Source: Peptococcaceae bacterium (lineage in GTDB: Bacteria > Bacillota > UBA994). Taken from it: DNA of 64,000 nt. The stretch lies in contig JAGXSS010000108.1 in assembly GCA_018334055.1 (NCBI GenBank), forward strand, positions 834 through 64,833, given 5' to 3'. Below, piece after piece: positions 57,749 to 64,000 of this stretch (position 1 is the stretch's first letter; each line of letters opens with the position of its first letter). A program made the translations under genes and the position numbers. The notes beneath the pieces are model-generated. The model was not told where the DNA came from. It made no database searches and was given only the letters and a program-made list of their open reading frames with translations.

Positions 57749-58665
57749 TAATAACCGCCATAGAAGAGGGCCCTAAGGTTGGAGCTGTCTGTCTTGGAAC
57801 TTTTGACGGTGTTCACCTCGGTCACCAGGCAATAATGCATAAAACTCGCGAAATAGCGTCAGAGAAAGGCGCCTTGGCTGCTGTGTTTACTTTTTACCCT
57901 CACCCTGGGCATACCCTGGGTAAACAGCCGGTGCAAACCATTACCACCCGCAAGCAGCGCGCTCGTTTATTCGCGGCCTCGGGTATTGACCTCTTGGTTG
58001 AACACCCTTTTACGGTGGAGTTTTCCTCCCTCGATCCGGAAAGTTTTGTGCGCGATGTACTTTGGTCCCGATTTAAGGATGCGACACTTGTCGCTGGTTT
58101 TAACTACACCTTTGGTCATCGAGCACAAGGCAATGTTGAGACTTTACGATGCTTGGGGAAGCGCTACGGCTTTGCCGTTGTGGAAGTGCCTCCGGTCATC
58201 ATCGGAGGGGAAGTGGTCAGCAGCACAAGGTTGCGACGCGAAATCTCACTGGGAAGCTTAAAAGAAGTGAGCCAGTGTTTGGGACGGGACTTTTCCCTGC
58301 AGGGCAGCGTGGTGGCAGGTGATGGCCGAGGGCGTAAACTTGGATTCCCCACGGCTAATCTGCACTTCGCCCCCGAGCAAATGATTCCTCCGAGTGGCGT
58401 GTATGTTGTGTATGCTGCGGAATATGGTTATGGGGTCGGCAATTTAGGGCGACGCCCGACATTTCCCCAAGCGGATATAACCTTCGAAGTGCATTTTTTT
58501 TCACCCACCGGCAATTTGTATGGTCAAGAAATCGAGGTTGCGGTGCTAAGTTATTTACGTCCGGAAAGGAAATTTCCTGACCCCACCGCCCTGCGCCTGC
58601 AAGTGGGTGAGGACATTGCCAGAGCTACTAGGTACAGCCTTGCGCATGCTGCTATGAAGTGCTAG
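57745..58665 (+). CDS. ribF: Bifunctional riboflavin kinase / FAD synthetase
   Basis: GTFDGVHLGHQ, VSSTR.R, GRKLGFPTAN, G.RPTF, LRPERKF. Confidence 0.98.
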   Translation: MIITAIEEGPKVGAVCLGTFDGVHLGHQAIMHKTREIASEKGALAAVFTFYPHPGHTLGKQPVQTITTRKQRARLFAASGIDLLVEHPFTVEFSSLDPESFVRDVLWSRFKDATLVAGFNYTFGHRAQGNVETLRCLGKRYGFAVVEVPPVIIGGEVVSSTRLRREISLGSLKEVSQCLGRDFSLQGSVVAGDGRGRKLGFPTANLHFAPEQMIPPSGVYVVYAAEYGYGVGNLGRRPTFPQADITFEVHFFSPTGNLYGQEIEVAVLSYLRPERKFPDPTALRLQVGEDIARATRYSLAHAAMKC

Positions 58666-58668
58666 AAT
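58640..58668 (+). promoter_or_regulatory. Sigma-A promoter of rpsO
   Basis: TTGCGC-N17-TAGAAT with TG extended -10, overlapping the ribF stop. Confidence 0.7.
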
Positions 58669-58671
58669 AAA

Positions 58672-58745
58672 CCGTAACCTTTGGCTGGGTTTTTCCGACT
58701 CCTCCGCCGGATTACATGGCCATTGGATAGTAATATGAGGAGGTG
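58672..58745 (+). ncRNA. Probable ribosomal protein S15 leader (autoregulatory)
   Basis: Structured 5' UTR (TGGC/GCCA and TCCG/CGGA pairings, CTCCTC anti-SD) between promoter and rpsO; S15 leaders are known at this position in Bacillota. Confidence 0.55.
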
Positions 58746-58751
58746 AGCATT

Positions 58752-59018
58752 ATGAGCATCAGCCAAGACCAAAAGCGAACCATCATCGACAAGTTTCGCA
58801 CTCATGAGACCGATACCGGATCCGCCGAGGTACAGATTGCGATTTTGACCAATCGCATCACTGAGTTGACTAACCATTTAAAACTGCATTCGAAGGATCA
58901 CCATTCACGGCGCGGTTTGTACAAAATGGTCGGACAGCGTCGTCGTTTACTGAACTATCTACAGAGCAAGGATGTTGAACGTTTCCGCGCTATTAAGGAG
59001 CAACTTGGAATACGCTAA
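58752..59018 (+). CDS. rpsO: 30S ribosomal protein S15
   Basis: [35 protein letters not shown]. Confidence 0.99.
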   Translation: MSISQDQKRTIIDKFRTHETDTGSAEVQIAILTNRITELTNHLKLHSKDHHSRRGLYKMVGQRRRLLNYLQSKDVERFRAIKEQLGIR

Positions 59019-59023
59019 TGAGC

Positions 59024-59050
59024 AAAGCGGGATCTCCCGCTTTTCTTTTT
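59024..59050 (+). terminator. Intrinsic terminator after rpsO
   Basis: AAAGCGGGA-tc-TCCCGCTTT then TCTTTTT. Confidence 0.85.
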
Positions 59051-59088
59051 ACGTTGTCTTGGCATACTAAAGCTTGAGGAGGTAGAGC

Positions 59089-61188
59089 ATGAAAGAGTAT
59101 TCGATATCAGTTGCGGGTCGCACCATGACTTTAGAGACTGGTCGTCTGGCTAAACAAGCTAACGGTGCCGTCTTAGTTAGTTACGGTCAGACGTCGGTGC
59201 TAGTGACAGCAACCATGTCTAGGAATGTTAGAGAAGGCATCGATTTCTTCCCTCTCTTGGTAGATTACGAGGAGAGATTGTACGCAGTAGGTCGGATCCC
59301 CGGCGGGTTTTTACGGAGAGAAGGGCGGCCCGGAGAAAAGGCGACTTTGGCCGCGAGACTTATTGATCGCCCCTTGCGGCCCTTATTCCCGGATGGATTT
59401 CGCAACGATGTCCAAGTTGTAGCCACTGTTTTATCTGTTGACCAGAACAACCCCCCAGAAATTGCCGCCATGGTGGGCGCTTCCGCGGCCCTTTCAATTT
59501 CAAATATCCCCTTTTCCGGACCAATAGCGGGCGTTAGTGTTGGTTTAGTCAATGGAGAGTACATAGTAAACCCGACCCTTGAAGAGGCCAAGCGAAGCTC
59601 CATTAACTTAGTGGTCGCAGGGACGAAAGATGCCATCATGATGGTTGAGGCTGGCGCACTAGAAGTCAGCGAGGCCGAAATGATCGAAGCCATCATGTTC
59701 GGGCACAAAGAAATCAAGCGGATCGTAGCGCTAATAGAGCTCATGCAGGCGGAACTTGGCGTGCCTAAGATCACTGTGCCCCTCTTCGAAGCCCCTGCCG
59801 CAATACGGGCTGCTGTGGAAGAACATGCCCTACTTGCTCTAGAAAAGGTCGTCAAGAACCCTGATAAATTGGCACGCGAAGAGGCGATTGCTGCGGTGAT
59901 CGCTGATGCCCTGCTCAAATTTAGCGAGGTGTTTCCCGGTCAAGGCAAATTAGTTAATGGATTGCTGCAGGACTTGCTAAAGAGTGTGGTGCGCGAACAG
60001 ATCTTGGGGCAAAAAGTGAGGCCCGACGGCAGGACCCCGAGCGAGATTCGTCCGATTACCTGCGAAGTTGGCGTATTAGCCCGCACTCACGGTTCAGGTC
60101 TATTTACGCGTGGACAAACCCAAGTGCTCTCTGTGGTCACTTTAGGCTCTAGAGCAGACATTCAGATTATCGACGACCTCGGCCTGGATGAATCGAAGCG
60201 CTACCTGCATCACTACAATTTCCCTGCCTATAGCGTTGGCGAGGTGCGACCCCAACGGGGGACATCCCGTAGGGACATCGGTCACGGCGCTTTGGCCGAG
60301 CGAGCCCTGTTGCCAATGATTCCTTCCGAAGAAGAGTTTCCCTATACCATTCGCGTGGTGAGTGAGGTGCTAGAGTCAAACGGCTCTACTTCCCAAGCTA
60401 GCGTTTGTGGGAGCACTTTGGCGCTCATGGAAGCTGGAGTGCCCATCAAAGCGCCTGTCGCCGGCATAGCTATGGGTCTCATTACAGACGGCAAGATCCA
60501 TGTTGTACTGTCCGACATCCAAGGCATGGAGGATCACCTCGGTGACATGGACTTCAAGGTTGCGGGAACAGCTAAGGGCATCACCGCACTGCAGATGGAC
60601 GTGAAAGTGGCGGGTCTTGATCACGACGTTTTACAGGAGTCCCTGGCCCAAGCGCACATCGGTCGCTTGCATATTCTGCACAAGATGCTAGAGGCCATCA
60701 ATTCTCCCCGCGAGGAACTTTCCCCCTATGCCCCGCGCATGTTCACCATAACCATACCTGTGGACAAAATCAAAGATGTCATCGGCCCCGGTGGTAAGAT
60801 GATCAACAAGATTATCGCCGAGACCAATGTGAAAATCGATATTGAAGACGATGGCAGAGTGTTCATCTCCTCTATCGATGCGGCACAGGGACAGAAGGCT
60901 AGGCGGATCATTGAAGACCTCACAAGAGAAATGACCATCGGTGAAGTGTATACGGGACGCGTTACCAGAGTAGAAAAGTATGGCGCATTTGTAGAGCTCA
61001 TGCCGGGCAAGGAAGCACTGGTTCACATTTCGCAGCTGGATCATGCCCGTGTAGCCAGGACTGAAGATGTGGTCAACATTGGCGATGAAATACAGGTGAA
61101 GGTAATTGGCGTAGACCGCATGGGTCGCATTGATGCCTCCCGTAAGGAAGCGTTGTCTTCTCAGCCTAGCGGCGGTGCATCAAGCTAA
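59089..61188 (+). CDS. pnp: Polyribonucleotide nucleotidyltransferase (PNPase)
   Basis: [49 protein letters not shown] and S1 domains. Confidence 0.99.
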   Translation: MKEYSISVAGRTMTLETGRLAKQANGAVLVSYGQTSVLVTATMSRNVREGIDFFPLLVDYEERLYAVGRIPGGFLRREGRPGEKATLAARLIDRPLRPLFPDGFRNDVQVVATVLSVDQNNPPEIAAMVGASAALSISNIPFSGPIAGVSVGLVNGEYIVNPTLEEAKRSSINLVVAGTKDAIMMVEAGALEVSEAEMIEAIMFGHKEIKRIVALIELMQAELGVPKITVPLFEAPAAIRAAVEEHALLALEKVVKNPDKLAREEAIAAVIADALLKFSEVFPGQGKLVNGLLQDLLKSVVREQILGQKVRPDGRTPSEIRPITCEVGVLARTHGSGLFTRGQTQVLSVVTLGSRADIQIIDDLGLDESKRYLHHYNFPAYSVGEVRPQRGTSRRDIGHGALAERALLPMIPSEEEFPYTIRVVSEVLESNGSTSQASVCGSTLALMEAGVPIKAPVAGIAMGLITDGKIHVVLSDIQGMEDHLGDMDFKVAGTAKGITALQMDVKVAGLDHDVLQESLAQAHIGRLHILHKMLEAINSPREELSPYAPRMFTITIPVDKIKDVIGPGGKMINKIIAETNVKIDIEDDGRVFISSIDAAQGQKARRIIEDLTREMTIGEVYTGRVTRVEKYGAFVELMPGKEALVHISQLDHARVARTEDVVNIGDEIQVKVIGVDRMGRIDASRKEALSSQPSGGASS

Positions 61189-61202
61189 GACTAGAGGTAG
61201 GG

Positions 61203-61235
61203 GAGCGTTGCTGTGCAATGCTCTTTGTTTTTTTT
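61203..61235 (+). terminator. Intrinsic terminator after pnp
   Basis: GAGCGTTGC-tgt-GCAATGCTC followed by TTTGTTTTTTTT. Confidence 0.85.
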
Positions 61236-61278
61236 AGTCCTCCCTCATATACTCTACTATGATGTAGGGGGGATTGGC

Positions 61279-62235
61279 ATGAATAACAACAGAATCTTGT
61301 CCATCGTGGTATTGGTTTTGTCGCTAGTTATCAATTTCTTGCGGCCGAGTATGGTTACGGACTTGCCCCGTGTAGCACACGGGGTGACCCTTTCTGGAGA
61401 TAACATAGCGTATCTAGACGAGGAAGCCCTTGTCACACTCCTTGAGGGCAGAGCCGCACAGTTGGCGATTGCCCCGGTGCAACCTTTGTTTGACAAAGTG
61501 GGGGGTGGCGTGATACCGGGCCTAGCCGGACGCGAACTTGATATTGCCGGCACAGTAGCTAGTTGCCTTGGGGCACTGCCTGGGACAGAGCGTTCCTATG
61601 TTTTTCGTGCAGTCATGCCCGAGGCGCCTTCGCTCAACCTGCCTATCTATCGCGGTAATGCAAGGAAAAGAAAAGTGGCCTTTGTCATCAATGTAGCTTG
61701 GGGCAATGAAGAACTCATGGAAATTCTCGAGATACTCGATGATTTCCAGCTTAAGAAGACTTTTTTCTTGGTTGGTAGGTGGGTTAGTAAGTACCCTGAG
61801 TTAGTGCGGGAAATATATAGACGCGGACACGAACTGGGAAACCACGCCTACTCTGACTTGCACTTATCTAGGCAGGCCGCGGGAAAAGTGAAAGAAGAAA
61901 TACTGAACACAACGGAAGCTATAAGGGCGGCAGTCGGTCAAGTTAGTGTCAAGTACTTTAGTCCACCCTACAATGACTTTAATCAAGACGTAATCGAAAT
62001 CGCGGCCTCGTTGGGATATCAGACGGTGCTTTGCAGTCTGGATACGGCTGATTGGATGCGTCAAGGGGTGGACAAAATAGTGCAACGCATCGTACCGCGC
62101 GCTCATAACGGGGCCATAGTCCTCATGCATCCGGCAAAAGACACGCCCCGCGCCTTAAAGGTGATGATCCCAGCACTACAGGAGATGGGGTTTGTGTTGG
62201 TCACATTGGGAGAGTTGCTATCCCCTCTCCCTTAG
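61279..62235 (+). CDS. ylxY: Sporulation-type polysaccharide deacetylase family protein (YlxY/SwsB-like)
   Basis: N-terminal TM, PIYRGN, INVAWG, TFF.VG.W, GHELGNHAY.D, GAIVLMHP; follows pnp as in B. subtilis. Confidence 0.85.
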   Translation: MNNNRILSIVVLVLSLVINFLRPSMVTDLPRVAHGVTLSGDNIAYLDEEALVTLLEGRAAQLAIAPVQPLFDKVGGGVIPGLAGRELDIAGTVASCLGALPGTERSYVFRAVMPEAPSLNLPIYRGNARKRKVAFVINVAWGNEELMEILEILDDFQLKKTFFLVGRWVSKYPELVREIYRRGHELGNHAYSDLHLSRQAAGKVKEEILNTTEAIRAAVGQVSVKYFSPPYNDFNQDVIEIAASLGYQTVLCSLDTADWMRQGVDKIVQRIVPRAHNGAIVLMHPAKDTPRALKVMIPALQEMGFVLVTLGELLSPLP

Positions 62236-62250
62236 TAGGAGGTGTTACGA

Positions 62251-63678
62251 GTGAAGTTAGCTTGGTGGTTGGTCTTGGGATTTATGCTGGCAATGGGCGT
62301 AAACCTCCCAGCTGTTAGCGCCAATCCGGATGTTGCCATCGGATGGAATGAGCGCCATCTCAAGGTGTCGCTCAGCGGCGGAGAGGTTGCTTGGCGTAGC
62401 GATGTAGTGCACAGCAAGGTATTACCTGCAAATGGCGAAATTCAGTTGCAATTAATGGTGCCGAGAGCTAGTCTTGGAGAAATTTCCTCCCAAAATGCTG
62501 CTCTCTGGCTGCAGCGCTCGTTAATGGCGCACTGGCCGACACGAGTGCTATCGATGGCGGGTGGATATAACTTAAAGCTGCTCGCGCCCGAGCCCAATCA
62601 AAGACTCCCTTGGGAAGCTGCTCCCACTTATCTCCCGTGGTTGCCGGGTCAGCAACCACGGGTGCTGGTCGTGACTTTTCCGCGGGATGAAACAGTTGTT
62701 TTGCGCGACGCATCGATAGTGGTCAATCCTGGGCCAAACCCAGTGAAAGTAGCCAAAACCACCTTTCGTGGCCAGATCGTGCTGAACCCCAATCGACGTG
62801 AGATGCTGACATCGGTGAACGTGTTGTCCATGGAGGATTATCTCCGTGGAGTAGTTCCCAATGAAATGCCCGCCGCATGGTCTCTCGAGGCCCTGAAAGC
62901 ACAGGCCTTGGCGGCGCGCACGTATGCGGTGCGGCAGAGGGGCAGGCATGAGGCTGATGGCTTTGACCTGTGCAGCACCATTCATTGCCAGGCTTACGGA
63001 GCATTGACGAGTGAGCATCCCCGCTCGAGCCAAGCGGTAGTGGAAACCAGGGGCGAAATTATTCTGCATGGAAACATAGTCATTGACGCCGTCTACCATG
63101 CCCATGCCGGTGGGCAGACTCGTAATAGTGAGCATGTGTGGGGTGGAGTGACCCCCTACCTGAAAGGGGTAAGCATTCCAGAGGAGCCCGTCATGACTTG
63201 GACCAGAAGAATTACCTGGAACGAATTTACTGAACGGCTCAGGGCGAGGGGATTGCGTGCGCACTATCCCTACCAGGTCGCAGTACATAACTTGGTCGAT
63301 GCAGGACATGTTGGCTCCGTTCGCATCAACTCAGCCTCTGGAGAAGCATTTGTCCCGGCGGGAGAAATGCGAGCAGCTTTAGACCGTACACTCATGCGTA
63401 GCACCAAATTTTCGGTGAGGGAGCTAGATGATTTACTCCTGCCCTTCAGCGCGCCGCTTTATCAACCCGCCTTCTCGTATGAAGTCGGAAATTTCGCCGG
63501 TTTGTATCATGTCTTGCTGCCGAGGCAGCCGTCTTTCGTCGAGTTCATCGGCCAAGGGCATGGGCATGGTGTTGGGATGTCACAATGGGGAGCATTTGGG
63601 TTAGCTAGAGATGGGTATAACTACCGTGATATCATCAAGCGTTTCTACACCGGAGTGAGAATTGCCCGAATGTGGTGA
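62251..63678 (+). CDS. Secreted SpoIID/LytB-domain lytic transglycosylase-like protein
   Basis: Signal peptide; EDYLRGVVPNEM...W..EALKAQALAARTY, C....CQ.Y, G.GHGHGVGMSQWGA. Confidence 0.92.
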   Translation: MKLAWWLVLGFMLAMGVNLPAVSANPDVAIGWNERHLKVSLSGGEVAWRSDVVHSKVLPANGEIQLQLMVPRASLGEISSQNAALWLQRSLMAHWPTRVLSMAGGYNLKLLAPEPNQRLPWEAAPTYLPWLPGQQPRVLVVTFPRDETVVLRDASIVVNPGPNPVKVAKTTFRGQIVLNPNRREMLTSVNVLSMEDYLRGVVPNEMPAAWSLEALKAQALAARTYAVRQRGRHEADGFDLCSTIHCQAYGALTSEHPRSSQAVVETRGEIILHGNIVIDAVYHAHAGGQTRNSEHVWGGVTPYLKGVSIPEEPVMTWTRRITWNEFTERLRARGLRAHYPYQVAVHNLVDAGHVGSVRINSASGEAFVPAGEMRAALDRTLMRSTKFSVRELDDLLLPFSAPLYQPAFSYEVGNFAGLYHVLLPRQPSFVEFIGQGHGHGVGMSQWGAFGLARDGYNYRDIIKRFYTGVRIARMW

Positions 63679-63692
63679 ATTGAGGGGTTAGG

Positions 63693-64000
63693 ATGCGCGT
63701 TAGTAAGAATGGAGCAGGCGTAGTTGTGGCGAGTGAACACATCCCCCATGTGCAGACGGTTGCGCTTGGATTTTGGGTCCGTTCAGGAACCCTGTACGAA
63801 CAAGAAGCTGAGCAAGGAGTTTCGCACTTTCTTGAACACATGTTCTTTAAGGGCAGTCAAAAACGGAGTGCCCGTGAAATCGTAGAAGCCATTGACGCTG
63901 TTGGGGGCGAACTCAATGCCTATACTACCAAAGAGTACACTTGTTTCTATGTCAAAGTCCTCATGGAGCATCTGGGATTAGCGGTGGATGTGTTAGGCAA
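63693..64000 (+). CDS. M16-family zinc peptidase (YmxG/MlpA-like), 3'-truncated by window edge
   Basis: Not in the ORF track (no stop in window); read by hand: MRVSKNGAG...G.WV..G...E...GVSHFLEHMFFKG...GGELNAYT.KEYT (HxxEH). Confidence 0.93.
   Translation, partial: MRVSKNGAGVVVASEHIPHVQTVALGFWVRSGTLYEQEAEQGVSHFLEHMFFKGSQKRSAREIVEAIDAVGGELNAYTTKEYTCFYVKVLMEHLGLAVDVLG

Noticed and set aside
61225-61253. Sigma-E/sigma-K sporulation promoter for ylxY (CATATACT)
   Set aside because: A plausible -10, but the -35 position falls in the terminator T-run with no match; too weak to list as a feature
62572-63309. 245-aa minus-strand ORF opposite the SpoIID-like gene (and the many other minus-strand ORFs, e.g. 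6470-7129, 21439-22077, 59265-59918)
   Set aside because: All overlap well-supported + strand genes and lack motifs; expected by chance at this GC content
1-64000. CRISPR arrays, tRNA/rRNA genes, IS elements, prophage, pseudogenes, programmed frameshifts
   Set aside because: No regularly spaced repeats, cloverleafs, transposase or phage motifs seen; intergenic gaps are short and all genes appear full-length apart from the two cut by the window edges

Overview
Core chromosome of a motile, probably spore-forming, monoderm Bacillota (Clostridia-like; CodY, FliW/CsrA, FliY, CheC/CheD, YlxY), with every credible gene on the + strand. Bases 1-34546 are one uninterrupted flagellar/chemotaxis supercluster: 'cheB-flgM-flgN-flgK-flgL-fliW-csrA-hag-fliD-fliS-fliT-flaG, then flgBC-fliEFGHIJK-flgDE-motAB-fliL-fliO-fliPQR-flhBAFG-PilZ brake-sigD-swrB-like-flgFG-cheDRCY-fliMY. 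Next come a secreted tandem NlpC/P60 hydrolase and the conserved housekeeping run dprA-topA-trmFO-xerC-codY-rpsB-tsf-pyrH-frr-uppS-cdsA-dxr-rseP-ispG-GT2-mgtC-rimP-nusA-ylxR-ylxQ-infB-ylxP-rbfA-nrnA-truB-ribF-rpsO-pnp-ylxY-SpoIID-like-M16 peptidase'. I saw no rRNA, tRNA, CRISPR array, IS element or prophage, and I cannot claim a clearly new multi-gene system. The best leads are: (1) a 219-nt purine/pyrimidine-polarised element before fliW-csrA-hag that can occlude the fliW RBS and has nine GGA motifs on the opposite strand; (2) possible tandem sigma-D promoters around the CsrA hairpin of hag; (3) sigma-H-like promoters before flgB and before the NlpC/P60 gene, whose first domain is catalytically dead; (4) a Na+-type stator signature; (5) a 41-aa duplication in the FliK ruler; (6) TAG as the most frequent stop codon. 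All gene calls are by motif and synteny recognition, not database search.
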